Shown one piece after another: positions 14,218 through 28,126 of a stretch of DNA of 64,000 bases. Source of the DNA: the human T2T-CHM13v2.0 reference genome, Homo sapiens; NCBI RefSeq assembly GCF_009914755.1, contig NC_060925.1, one strand, 5' to 3'. Under the pieces are notes generated by a model. It was not told the origin of the DNA, did not search any database, and saw only the letters and a list, made by a program, of their open reading frames with translations. Both the position numbers and the translations under genes were made by a program. Every line of letters begins with the position of its first letter. The stretch's first letter is position 1.

Positions 14218-14567
14218 TGATACGGATTGGCTGTGTCCCCACCCAAATCTCAACTTGTATTGTATCTCCCAGAATTCCCACTTGTTGTGGGATGGACCCA
14301 GCGGGAGGAAATTGAATCATGTGGTCACTTCTTTCCTGTGCCATTATGATAGTGAATAAGTCTCACCTGATCTGATGGGTTTATCAGCGTTTCCGCTTTT
14401 GCTTCTTCCTCATTTTCTCCTGTTGCCGCTATGTAAGAAGTGCTTTTTGCCTCCCACCATGTCTCTGAGGCCTCTCCAGCCATGTGGAACTGTAAGTCCA
14501 ATTAAACCTCTTTTTCTTCTCAGTCTGGGGTATGTCTTTATCAGGAGCATGAAAACGGACTCATACA
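14218..14567 (+). mobile_element. THE1A solo LTR (MaLR)
   Basis: TGATACGG...ACTCATACA; THE1A-like ATCTCAACTTG..TGTATCTCCCAGAATTCCC; perfect 5-bp TSD GTGCA (14213-14217 / 14568-14572). Confidence 0.9.
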
Positions 14568-15518
14568 GTGCACAAGTGTCTACCAAGCTGTAGAAGATTT
14601 ACAAGAGAGTAATTAATTCACCTTATTTGGACCACTTCATATCCTCAATCTTAATCCAGAAACCATCACATGTATGTCTTTTGCCAAGTCAATTTTCTAT
14701 TATACAGTTATGGGACATGGTAAGCCTGCAGCATATATAAGAAAGTAATTATATAACATTTTATGTACCTTATCTAGAAAGCAACTTTGCTTTTGTTCTG
14801 AGAGAAGAAAACTATAGCTTTTTCTTTTTTTATATGGCAAATAGCGAATCAGCAAATGCCATACTTGTTAGTTGAAGAAACTTAAATATCTAAATCTCTT
14901 CTATGACATACTTTGGATATTTCTCATGTTAAACAATGCATATTTCTATTGAGTGACAGGAAAAAAAATGACACAGAGCCTGGGAACAAAGTAATATTAT
15001 TTAAAAAATCAAGTTCTGTGGTTTCTTAATGATCATCTAGTTTATTTTAAGTTACTACACTGGACCTAAACTAAACTAATTAATGAGCACAAACGTTAGG
15101 ATTGCTGTTACTTGAAGCTGTGTATGGAAGAATCTATAAATCCCTTTTCCTAATGTCTGGTTTGTTAGCAGCCACTGTCATATCAGTAAAAAGCACCAAG
15201 AAGTATTTAATTACGTGGCTACTTCTGGACATTGGAAATGATACAAAGTTTGACTGTGGCTAGTACTCTATAATGAAAGTATTAGCATCTTTCCGCAGTG
15301 ACATAAAAGCAGCCATGGTTTTAGCAACCCTTAGATCTCTACTTAGGCATTGCCTATTCCTGCAATTAGGGAACAAGTTATTCTGCCTGTGCTGATAGAT
15401 TCCTCATGCTAAATGAATGTCTGGTACTTTAGGGAAGGGAAATCAGGAAAAATATTAATCTAAAAGCACACACTCTCACTTTCACATGTAATTCTGATAC
15501 TGACCATGCCATTAACCT

Positions 15519-15877
15519 TTATATGGTCTGGGTGTTTAGGTGCTTCATATATTAAGCCCCAGGGTGAGAATATTAGGAGGTGGGACCTTTGGGAGGTGAT
15601 TAGGTTATCAGGGCAGAGCCTTCATGAATGGGGTTAGTACCCTTATAAAAGTGGCCCGAGAGACCTCTCTCATCCCTTTGGTCATGTGAGGCTAGAGTAA
15701 GAAGATGACTGTCTAAGAGGAAGTTTAGCCTCATCAGACACTGAGTCTGATAGCACCTTAATCTTGGACTTCCCAGCCTGCTTCCAGAACTGTAAGAAAT
15801 AAAGTTTTGTTGTTTATAAGCTTTATAAAGCTGCCAACATTATGGTATTTTGTTATATCAGACCAAATGGACAAAAT
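15519..15877 (+). mobile_element. MaLR solo LTR (MLT1A/MSTD-like)
   Basis: GGTGGGACCTTTGGGAGGTGATTAGG, CTTATAAAAG, TCTTGGACTTCCCAGCC, AGAAATAAA, TATGGTATTTTGTTATA. Confidence 0.8.
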
Positions 15878-16272
15878 AAATCCCACCAGAGAACTTTAAA
15901 CCATATCTTAAACAAAGCCCTAGTATAACTCTCCCTAAATGTAAAGATAAAAGATAAAATGTTAAAACATATGAGATCCTATTTGTCATATAACCCTAAT
16001 GTGAGTTACAGAATATGCAGTCAAAATATGTTAGAGACATTGAAAGACCATTGTTTAACCACTATGAATATATACAAAATCTTCATTATAAAAAATATTA
16101 ACAATTTAATGGCTTTGTTGAAACCTAAAAAGACTTATGTGTACACACACACACACAGTTTCACTAAATTAATTTAAAACTAGTGCTAATTACTGAAAAT
16201 ATCAAAACCATAAATGAATGAATGCATGTTGAAAGCATTTTCATAAGTAATTATAACAATATTATTTAATCT

Positions 16273-16329
16273 TCTAGGATATTGGAAATATCCTAGATAT
16301 TTCCTATGGATCTATGATATCATAGATCC
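16273..16329. repeat. Cluster of three perfect short inverted repeats
   Basis: TCTAGGATATT-gga-AATATCCTAGA (16273-16297); GGAAATATC-cta-GATATTTCC (16284-16304); GGATCTATGAT|ATCATAGATCC (16308-16329). Confidence 0.95.
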
Positions 16330-16616
16330 TTGAGCTTAATTCATTTTGTGAAATATCTTGACTCCATAAAGTGAAGAGTATCATTATCTCTATTAAGAGA
16401 AGAATAAAATAAAACAAAAATCAATTTAGTTGCATGAGGTTGACTATGTAATGTGAATCACAGAACCTTATGCAATTTAAGAACTAGAAAACCACTTGGA
16501 GAGCAATGAATGCCTATCAACTAATTCGAGGTGAATTCCTAGAGAAATAGCTGATGCCATTACCTAAAAGCCAATGAGTACATCACTGTGGTTCATACTT
16601 GTTTAGCCGGTCATAT

Positions 16617-16787
16617 CAGTGGTTTTCAAATGTAGGTGTCCATCAGAATCACTTGGAGGGCTAATTAACACTGGACCCTACCCCAAAGTGTCTGATGGAG
16701 TAGATTCAGGACATCACCCGAGAATCTGGCGGTATTAAGTGTTTTCCTGGTGATAGTAATACTGCTGGCCAGAGGACAGCACTTTTA
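16617..16787. mobile_element. MER5A hAT-Charlie element; last nucleotides displaced to 19235-19243 by an L1
   Basis: CAGTGGTTTTCAAA TIR, CATCAGAATCACTTGGAGGGCT; the other TIR remnant GGACCACTA follows the L1. Confidence 0.8.
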
Positions 16788-18373
16788 TTTTTTCATTTTT
16801 TTCTTATTTTTTATTTTTATAGATACAGGAGATACATGTGCAGGTTTGTTATACGGATATATTGCCTAGTGGCGGGGTTTGGGTTTCTAGTGTATCTATC
16901 ACTCAAATAGAAAATATTCTACCCAATAGGTAATTTTTTTAACCCTGACCCTCCTACCACCTTCCCCCCTTTTGGCAGCCCCAGTGTCTATTATTTCCTT
17001 CTGTATGTCCATATATACTCATTGTTTAGCTTTCACTTATAAGTGAGAACATTAAGTTTTTTATTTTCTGTTTCTGAGTTATTTCACTTAGGATAATAAC
17101 CTGCAACTCCACCAATTTTGCTGCAAAAGACATTATTTTTATATAACTGTGTAGTATTCCAGGGTGTATATATACCACATTTTTAATCTAATCATTCACT
17201 TCTAGACACATAGGTTGACTTTACTGCTGTGAATCGTGCTGCAACAAATATGCAAGTGCAGATGTCTTTTTGGTATAACAATTTCTTTTCCTTTGAGTAG
17301 ACGCCCAGAAGTGGGATTCCTGGGTCAAATAATAGTTCTATTTCTAGTTCTTTGTGAAATCTCCATACTGTTTTCCATAGATGTTGTACTAATTTATGAT
17401 CTCAAAAAGAGTATATGAACATTACCTTTTCTTCACATCTGTTGTTTTTGACTTTTTAATAATAGCCATTCTGACTAGAGTGAGATTGTATCTCACTGTG
17501 TTTTTAATTTGCATTGCATTTCTCTGGTAATTAGTAGTGTTGATTTTTTTCATATGTTCGTGGGCCACTTGCATGTCTTTTTTAGAGAACTGTCTGTTCA
17601 TGTTCTTTGCCCAGTTTTGAATGTAGTAATTTTCTTGTGTGTGTGTTGTTGTTGTTAAGTTCCTGTAGATTCTGATATTGGTCCTTTGTCATATGCATAG
17701 TTTGCAAATATCTTCTCCCATTCTGTAGGTTGTCGTTTACTCTGTTGGTTATTTCTTTTGCTGTGCAGAAGTTTTTAGTTAAAGTAAGTCTCATTTGTTT
17801 ATTTTTTTTGTTTCAGTTGCATTTGCTTTTGAAGCCTTAGTCACAAGTTACTTGCCTAGGCCAATGTCCGGAAGAGTTTGTACTAGGTTCTCTTCTAGAA
17901 TGTTTATAGTTTTGGGGCTTACATTTAAGTCTTTAATCAATTTTGAGTTAATTTTTGTATATGCTGATTTATAGGGATCCAGTTTCTTTCTTCGACATAT
18001 CATTAGCCAGTTTGTCCAGCACCATTTATTGAAGGGGGAGTCCTTTTCCCATTGTGCATTTTTGTCAACTTTATCAAAGATCTGTTGGTTGTAGGCATGT
18101 GGCTTCATTTCTGATCAGTGCATCTATTTTTGTACAAGTCCCATGTTATTTTGATTACCATAGCCTTGTGGTATAATTTGAAGTTAGGTAATATGAGACC
18201 TCTAGCTTTGCTCTCTCTTTGCTTAGGTTTGCTTTGTCTATTCCGGCTCATTTTTGGTTCCATATTAATTTTAGAATTATTTTTCTAATTCTGTGGAAAA
18301 CGACATTGGTAATTTGATAGGAGTTGCATTGGATCTCTGCATATTGCTTTTGGCAGTGTGGTCACTTTAATGA

Positions 18374-18755
<382 letters not shown>

Positions 18756-18867
18756 ATTTTTCCATTTGTTTGTGTCATCTATGATTTATTGTAGTGATTT
18801 GTAGTTCTTGTCCTAGGGATCTTTTGCCTCCTTGGTTAACTGTTTTCCTGGGTATTTTATTTTCGTG

Positions 18868-19032
18868 TGTGTCTATTGTAAATGTGATTATTGATTTAGT
18901 TTTCAGTCTGAACTTTATTGGCATATAGTAATGCTACTGTTATTTTGTTGTGTCTATTGTAAATGTGATTGGGTTATTGATTTAGTTTTCAGCTTGAACA
19001 TTATTGGTATATAGAAATGCTACTGATTTTTG
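18868..19032. repeat. Tandem duplication of about 81 bp within L1 ORF2
   Basis: TGTGTCTATTGTAAATGTGATT...TTGATTTAGTTTTCAG...AATGCTACTG starts at 18868 and again at 18949. Confidence 0.9.
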
Positions 19033-21164
19033 TACATTGTTTTCGTATCCTGAAACTTTACTGAAGTCATTTATAAAGTCTAAGAGTCTTTTGGAGAAGT
19101 CTTTGGGGTTTTCTAGATATAAGATTATGTCATCAGGGAAGAAAGATAATTTGACTTTCTCTTTCATAATGTGGTAGCTTTTATTTATTTGTCTTCCTTT
19201 ATTCCTCTGGCTAGGCCTAAGGACTGCATTTTTAGGACCACTAGTCAAAATTATTCTCTTCAAATTTACAGGAGAGCAAAAAACACACAGAATTTGTTTA
19301 ATATGCTAATCCCATAGCTTTTCCCCTGTACAGTCTCTTTTATTAAGTGTGGGTTATCCTACCAATTTATATATTTTTTCCAAACGCTCCTAGTGATTCT
19401 TATGATGAAATAAGATTTTAGAAACAAATCTAAATACCTGGATGGAGAAAAGGAGAATAATGAAATGATTCACCCTATTTATTACAACTCCATATACCTG
19501 AAGCCACTGAAGCACAGATGGTAACACTTTTACTGTGCTGACACCTTTACAAATTGGACCATCCTCATTTATCTCATAGGCTTGCATTTCTGTCATAGTA
19601 GGGCTGTGGATTATTATTTGAAATGCATGGATAAAAATTACTTAGGAATTCAGTCCTTGAACACTGAGCAATCAAAGCAACGGCTGTAACTATTACTCAT
19701 CTTTGAAGACAGAAGGTTTATGTTTTGGAAAAGGATGATTAACTTTGATGTTTTTAATTAGAACTGTCTTTAGTCAATAAATTGGGATTTTTATCAAGAG
19801 AACACATATATTTCTTAGTGCAATTTTATTATAAGATACTCTTTAAATAAGCATTACCTACAATTGTTTAAATTATTTTCAGATTTCACACATCTTTCTC
19901 TATCAACAGAAAACCTTTAAAAATATTCTAATGCCATGCACCTGCATAGTCTCATTCATAAATATCAAGATTCTTATGTATTATTTTGCTTCCGATATGG
20001 ATCGACATAAGTGTATGATGAACAATGTTCATTTTGAAAATAACTCAAAGTTCAAAAGTAAAACTCTACCTACATATTATGTAACATGAAAGCATATTTT
20101 ATTTCTTCTTGATATGTGAGAACTGAATGCCAATTGAGGAAGAAATTACTGCCCCAAAACTCTCACAAAAATACAATAAGGTAGACGATTTAAAATTGAT
20201 TTTAGAAGACTTATGGATCACAAACTAAAAGGAATAATGTACAGTGTCACTAAATATTTCCTCTATCAAAAAGCTTAAAATATATATTATTTATATTTCC
20301 TCTTAGAGAAACTGCTGAACTTCATGATTCTAACAGCTGCTGTGTAATTCTTGTATTTTTGTCATTCCTAAACTTCATAATCTGCAGTGCCTAAGGCAAT
20401 ATCAACGTGGACAAATGGCAAATCTAATTAGATATGACTCTAATACAATGTTGCACAAGGTAAACTGAGTGTATTTTCTGTGTAAATGTAATATTTCCAC
20501 AGCTCCTACAAGAATAAGTAGGCCCCAATATAATATAATACAATTTTTCTATGAAACAAGTGTGAGTTTCTGAAGGAATTTTTCATAATTCTCAGGAATG
20601 TCATTAGAGTCAGCAAACAGTTTCAAATAAGGGTGAATATCCATTTCAAGTAAAATAGCAGAATTGCAAAACTAGAGAAAAAACTCCGAAAAGCCCATAA
20701 ATTTAACAATATAACCTAGAGCAGTTTAAATACAAGATATTTTATCTACATGTGAATGTTTCAGACATAGCAGAGGTTTATTTATTGATATTTTAAAACC
20801 AATAGAAACATGGCAAAAATGCTTACATGTAAAATTAATGCATCTGAGAATGTGACCTCTAATAAATTAGAACAAAACTATGAATAAAAATAAAAAGTTA
20901 AATATTTGGATGAATAATATTACTAAGCACCTAAAACATAACCCTTGATATACTAAATCTTATTTGTTATTTTGATAGATTTTCACTAAAACACAAGAGT
21001 TTTGTTGCCTACATAAACAGTATATAATGAACGCCATTCATATCTTTAAGAATGTTTCATTATGACCATTTTGTAGACATGTTAAGAATGTTTCTCTGGA
21101 CAGAGTATACAAGACTAGTATAGTCTAGGATTAAGTGAGAAAATAACTTAGAGTAATTGAATTA

Positions 21165-21420
21165 AAATTTATCTTCAGCCATAATGGAGTTTTTGGCACT
21201 GAAAACTGGACAAAATATATTAAAATATATTAAATTTTTACTCAAACAGAATAGAACTGCAATGCCTCAGAATAGAGAAACTCACAAAGTGATGGCCATG
21301 ATTAGTCTGTTTTCTGCCTAGGGACAAACTGCAACACAGAGAGGTGGAACCTGAGCACAGAATGGTGGTTAGACTAAGCTCGGGAGGCAAAAATCAAAAT
21401 TACAGGATAGCTGTAGATTT
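21165..21420 (+). mobile_element. Old L1M 5'-region remnant
   Basis: CTTCAGCCATAATGGAGT...AAAACTGGACAAAATATAT resembles L1MC/MD 5' ends. Confidence 0.4.
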
Positions 21421-23069
21421 GGGGTATTTTTCCTTCACATAAGGAATAATTAGGACATTTTATACATCATCTGCTGATATCCTACACAACTAATATTTTT
21501 GGAAATTTACAGTGGAAAATGCTGGTATGTGATCATCTTTCTGGTTGGATTGTAATTTCACAGGATGCCCCATTGTTAAGCAGAGGGGCTTCTCTATTGT
21601 CCTCTAAGGAGCAATTTCCTCCTCTGTGTATGGAAGTCTGTGTCTGCTTTGAATGCCACTGCATCTTCTGTTATCATAATTAGTAGTCCTCTCCCAAACT
21701 CAGATTAATCAAGTTCAAATTATCTCTATTTTTGGATCTCTAAGAATGGGCTACTTGTATTATTACCAATTTTCTCCTAGTTATTGATAATTCTTATTAT
21801 TTTTGAACTGATCTGAGACTGGAAATTTGTGAACTTCTGAACATTTTTAATTGCACAATCAGCCACTGTTTACCATGGCTATCCTCCTAAACCTGCCTTA
21901 ATTCCAGGGTATATGTCTAATGGCACACCCTTTTATTTGTGTAACTTGACAAAAATAGCATATCTGAGTCAAGAATCCCAAGATTTTACAACTCTTTCTC
22001 TTAGCTACTTTATTTATTTATTTTTACTAATACTGTATGCTTCATGAATATTTTCCATATAAATTAATCATGGACACCAGATTTAACACAGGCCCTTCTG
22101 TTTTCATTTTCTATTACTTCCCTATTTTACTTTTATTCCTCTCATTATTCATTCCTTCTGTTTAAGTTTGAGATGGTCATTTTTGAAATAGATTTTACTT
22201 ATGTGTAATAGATAAAGATTAGTTCTTTGCTAAGTGATTGATAGAGAGAATGGCAATGATTAACCTTGGAAACCACTCAGTCTAGGAAGGAGATATTCCT
22301 GATTGTGGCCATGAGGTATGAATGGAATCCAGAAGTGTCTGTTGTCATTACAGAGCTTGTGAGAGGTATAAACATGCTACACATCCACAACTCTTCCTCT
22401 TACTTCCCCTCTTACAACTGCTTCCTTCCATCTACTGTCATAGGTCCTCATCGCCCCATTGGAAATCTCCTTTAGCCCTTGAATCTTAAGTATGGCAGTG
22501 TTAAAAGTGAAAAACTACTCATTCAGATAGTTTTACAAGATAACTCAGAAGAAGGTGGATACATTCCAGAATGTCTTATAATAATGTAGTTATTAAGTCT
22601 AGTTATGAAACAGAGATATGAAAAATCAGTACAGCAACTAATAGCAACTGCTATTCAGTCAGAACCTCCTTCATACTAAAGTGCAAGATAGCTTCTACTC
22701 AAGGAAACTAGTTCTAAATAGTCTGGCACAAAATTGGATCAATTTTGTACGAAAGCTTTTTCATATTTTCTCTGTTTTGCATCAGCACTCTGACCATTAA
22801 AGTTCATGATATAATATTCTATAAAGCAAATTTCTATTTTGGAGTTTGCCTCAAAATTTCTAATTTTATTTTTAAGTCTATACTTATTCTGCTCCTGTTT
22901 TCCTTACTAAAACACACAGAACTGTACAAAGAGTTAGGGGCAAGAGTAAAATTATTTGGATCATCTCTGTCTTTCAGCCAATATTATTGTCCGTTGTTGG
23001 TAAAAGATGTAGGATATGGGTTGACATATGTTGGGATAGACCACAGGACTAATACATACCATTAAATAG

Positions 23070-23640
23070 AATAGGCTTAGCCAGAAACAGCCCTCAGAAT
23101 TTGTTGGTCAGGGCACAATCAGTGATCCATAGTTTGGACACTGAAGGATTACAGAATATGACCAAAACATTAAAATAGGCCATCCATGAAGGGGAAATAC
23201 AGAGAGAAGTGCTAACAAACGTGGATCAGAAACCTGAGCACCACCATGAAGCTCTTCTAATGGAGTAGCCTCGGAATGCAGAAACAAAAGGGAACTTAAA
23301 AAGAAAGAAAATGAAAAGGATGCAATTCCTCCCACATTCTTTGGCTCATGTGGTCTCTTTTCAGTCCTCTAGCTAGAAAGAGGAGACTTTCTTTTAGAGT
23401 TTTTGCTGAGTTCACCCCTGATGCAGTTCTGAGAATTGGCACCCCCTTTATGTCAAAATAGTAAGATAAAAGTGAGAAAAAGAGTTGTGATGCTCAAAAC
23501 TTTATGGTTCATTATTTTATATTTCACTTTCTTCCATGATCTGCCTGTTGTCGGCTTTTCATAGTCCTCTGGTAGATGCTCTTCATGTTATGTTCTGATA
23601 TTTTAGTTGTAATAACTGTGAGAAACAGGCTCTAGGGATC
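23070..23640 (-). mobile_element. Old L1M 5'-region remnant
   Basis: CTTTTCATAGTCCTC..GTAG..GCT...TTTTAGTTGTAAT..GTGAGAAACAGG resembles antisense L1ME/MC 5' end. Confidence 0.4.
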
Positions 23641-25449
23641 TTTCTCCTGGCAAGGCTGCCAATCCCAAGATGAATGTATCAAATATAATAGCATTTGCAT
23701 AGACCAGCAACACAAATAATAATATAAACTCATTTTGGTTTAATGACTTAGGAAAAACTAAATGGAGAAAAATAAAACTAAATTTGGAAAGCATGCCTTA
23801 TATAAATATGAACTCCAGATGAAATAAGACCTAATTGTGATTTACAAATCTGAAAATAGAATGAATAATAAGGGTGATATCATTGTGTCATAGGGTAGGA
23901 AAGTATTTCTATATACTCTGAAACTACAATCCCTAAACTAGCAACCAAAAAAAAAAAAAAGAATATATCAAAACTAAGAATTTTTTAAAAATAAAACAAA
24001 GCACATTATGGACAGAAATATCAGAAAGTAACACTTTGATAAAATACTCTTATTGTGTAAAACTGAGAATGAATGAGAATATACAAGGGACTCCTGAAAA
24101 GTAACTAGAAAAATACTGGAACCACAATAGACAGGCAAAGAATATAATAGACAAGTTTTAGAAGAGAAACCCCAGAATGCTAAAAATCATATCAAGAGAT
24201 GGTGAAATCCTTTTATAATCAGAGCAAAGCAGAGTAAAATAATAATAGATTTTACTTACGCTTATTAGACTAGTAAAGATTAAAAATGTGATGAATTAAA
24301 TAGTACGAATCTCCATGCACTGATGGAGCAGCTCTCCTGGAAAGTAACCTGGCAGTATTTATTTAAATTAAGAATATGCATGATTTATTTCGTTACTCAG
24401 TATGTATTTCAAAGTAATTCTAACACTGGTCCACAAAAGGACTCAGTATTCTATATGGCATTCTTTGTGACATTGGAAGTTGCAGTTAATCAGTCCACTT
24501 TCAGAAGAGTATATGAGGTATACATAGAATATATGAAAAATGACTTATGAGGTGATTGAAAGAAATGTATTCAATGTACTTCAATCATATGATATGATTG
24601 AAGCGTAGAAATATATTTGAGAAAAAATAAGGTATATGTTTTACACATACATCTAAATATATATATAATATATATAAAAAACCATATACACAAATTTGAA
24701 ATTTAACACATTTCAAAATAACACACATAAAGTAAAATATTCAACATATTAGAACTATTGCCATTGGGCTCATGAGGAGCATGGGAAAGGAAGTGACACA
24801 GAATAAATAAATACATCCAGAAATATCTTAATAACAAAAGCTACACATCATTTTATGGTTTCTCTTGCATTCTGAAACATAATTAGCTCAACCTTCAATA
24901 CTGAAGATTTATAAATGCACAACAACAAACACACTTGTCATATGAATGTATAGTATTTTGGAGGAGAGAGGGTAATAATAGATGTTTACTTGACTTAGGG
25001 AACTCCTGTTAATCTTTCCTAGAGCATCTTTGATCTGTGTTTTGGATAAAAGAAAAAAATATCATTGATGTGAGAAAATTTTCCAAAAAGAAATGTCTGA
25101 ATGAATGATATAGTAGTTTTATTTCTTTTTTTGTAGCCTCTCCATATTATAGCATAAATTGATGCTGGTGTAATGCTGGTTGGACCAGGTGAATAAGAAA
25201 TAGCAACAATTCTAGATGTATTGGTAAGTCATTTGTTTGAAGGAAGGTGGGAAATAAATCCAACAAGGGTTCAGAGACTTGCCACCATAGAAGCTTTCTG
25301 TAGATCCAGTGGTGAGGGGCTTGTGGAGATACCTTTCCTATGTGAGGAAGGAATTATTTTTCTCTTTTTTCTTGCCTTTCTGTGGGCTAGTGAACATTTG
25401 CTGGGGGTCAGTCTTGGTTTATTAGCAGTATTTTTGACTGTATCTCTTT

Positions 25450-27060
25450 GTATACTTCCCATCACAGTTGCTTTGTATATCATTCACAGGTGACTTATAA
25501 CATTCTATCAGTAACATTTACCATGTCAAGTGGAATGTGGAGACTTAATTTCTATTTAGGTACCTTTATTTTTCCTGAGACACTACTACTATCTCAGATA
25601 GTGTTAAAAATCTTTGTTTCAATCATCAAATACAATTATAAAACTAAAGAGGAAAATATAGTGTGTTATATGTATTCATATTTCCAAACTTTCTATCATC
25701 TTTTTTCCTTCCTTGATGTTCTAAGTTAACTTTTGTATCATATCATTCCTGAATGAAGAGCATTCTTTAGCCAATCATTAAAATCGGACTCCCAGGGACA
25801 AATTATTTTAGCTTTCCTTAACCATAGAATGTAATTGCCACCTATGATAAGCCCATGGCCAATATGAGACTCAACAGTGAAAAACGAAAAGCTTCTTCTA
25901 ACATCGAAAACAAAACCAGAATGCCCACTTTCTCTACTTCTATTCACTCAGGTACTGGAAGTCATAGTGAGAGCAATTTGGCAAGAAAAATAAAAGGCAT
26001 CCAAAGTGGAAAGAAAGCAACAAAATTATCTGTTTGCAGATGACATAAACATATAGTAAAAATCCTTAAAACTCCACAAAAAACTTAGAATAAACAAATT
26101 TAGTAAATTTTCAGGATGCAAAATAAACATACAAAGTCAGTTGTATTTTTATATGCTAACAATGAAGTACCAGAAAATGAGATATTAAAAATTCCATTTA
26201 CAATAGCATCAAAAAGAACAATATACTTAGGAATAAACTTAACCAAGGAGAAGAAAGACTTGTTCATTAGTTTATTTTTTATCACTTCTATTTTTCTGTT
26301 AAGGTTTTCTAATTTTTTCATTTATTTCAAGAAAACATGCAATTGAATTTTGAAGCATTTTTATGATGACTGCTTTAAAGTTGTGGTCAGATAATTCCAA
26401 TATCTGATTTGTCTTCTTGTGTTAGTTGATTTCCTTTTCTCATTTAAACTGTAATGTTTTTGATTACTAGATATCATAAGTGATTGCTTATTGTGTCCTA
26501 GACATGTTTTTGATTATGTTTAGAGACTCTGGATCCTATTTAAACATTTTATTTTGGGGAGAAGTCACACCTTTTAGGTTAGTATGTAGGTATTGGCCTG
26601 CTTTGCTCTGATGTATTTCCAATGGCAGGTTTATTTTTACTATTTGCAATGTTACTTTGGTCTGCTTGGTTTATCTGGTGCTGCCGATGCTCTTGCTGGT
26701 ACTGCTGATACTGCCTGGGAAGGTAGAATGCATTTCCCCTGATCAGGCTGCTTGGTGACTCTAGGTAGGAAGGGGTGTGGAGAGGTCCCATTATCAGTGC
26801 CCTCTGACTTCACCATGTCCCTGGGCATGTGAAGAGGCTCTCGTGCCCTTGGGGAAAAAAAAAAAAAAAAAACAGGTTGTCTGGGTCGTGCTGTTATTTA
26901 CTGTTGAGTCTCATTTATCTTTTGCCTATTCCACTAACTTGTTAGGTATTTCTAGGAGGGTGAGGAGTTTCTCGAGCACACAGGGTGAAGAGGCTTCCTG
27001 GACTGGGCCATTTGTTGTAACTGGATCCCTTTTTCTAGTTCCAAAAGACTTCTCAGTATT
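25450..27060 (-). mobile_element. Old L1M inter-ORF, ORF1 and 5' region (interrupted at 25835-26262)
   Basis: Antisense L1M motifs (ATGACTGCTTTAAAGT..GTCAGATAATTCCAA, TTGTGTCCTAGACAT, AGACTCTGGATCCTATT). Confidence 0.55.
25835..26262 (+). mobile_element. Internal L1M ORF2 (RT) fragment without 3' end
   Basis: TATGATAAGCCCA...TGTTTGCAGATGACAT...CCATTTACAATAGCATCAAAAAGAA...AAAGACTTGT. Confidence 0.8.
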
Positions 27061-27229
27061 TTTGGATGAGGGAGGAGAGTCTTGGAACATAAGGGTGAAT
27101 AAACCCACACCCACAGTTATAGGAAATCCAATGAAGGCTAAGTAAAAAACATGAAGAAAACTATACCTAGTCTCATAAAAATAACTCCCTCAAAATCAAG
27201 GAGAAAATTTTAAAATGTGAAAAACTGGC

Positions 27230-27612
27230 TCTATTAGTTTTCCAGGGTTGCATTAATGAAGTACCACAGTCTGGGTGACTTAAACAATAGAAACTAATTT
27301 TTTCATAGTTCTGAAAAATAAAAGTCTGAGTTCAAGGTGTCAGCAGAAGTGATTTCATTCTGAGGCCCTTTTCCTTGGCCTATAGATGGCTGTCTTCTCT
27401 CTGTCTTCACATGGCCCTGTCTGTGTATTTCTGCTCCCAAATTTCTTCTTATAAGGATATCAGTCATACTGGATTAGAACCCATCGTGATGACCTCATTT
27501 AACCTTAATTAGTTCTTTAAAGATACTCCCTCCAAATACAGTCATCTTTTTAGGTACTGGGACCTAAAATATCAACATATGAATTTTTAAGACGCAATTC
27601 AACACATACACA
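27230..27612 (-). mobile_element. MLT1B-like solo LTR
   Basis: GTACCACAGTCTGGGTGACTTAAACAA, TCAAGGTGTCAGCAG, CTTATAAGGATATCAGTCATACTGGATTAG, GACCTCATTTAACCTTAATTA. Confidence 0.85.
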
Positions 27613-28126
27613 AGGAGAACACAATCCAAAGGCAAAGGACATGTTATACAGAAAGGGAAAAAAGGCAGAGGGAGATATCACTTGTCAGAAACAAGGTAAG
27701 CAAGGATGTAGAGGAGAAGCACTGGAGAAGCACCCTTAAAAAACTGAAAGCACAAAGACAAAACAAAAACCATCACCACAAAATTCTATGCCTACCACAA
27801 GTATCATTTACAATTGAAACAACAGAAATTTTTTTTTTCAGAAATAAAAGAACTGAAATAATTTATCACCAGGAGATCCACATTAAGAAATGCTAACATC
27901 TTTCAGGCTGAAGAAAAATAATGAAAGATGGAAGTTTTGATATATATATAATGAAGTAGAGTGAACCAGAATGACATAATAAGATATATATATATATACA
28001 CACAAACACACATATGCATATGAGTTTATCATATAATTTAAATCTTTTTAAAAATTAACTGCAGGCTGAAGAAAATATATTCTGGGATTTATAACAAATT
28101 AAAAAGTAAAGGTATTGCAGTAATAG

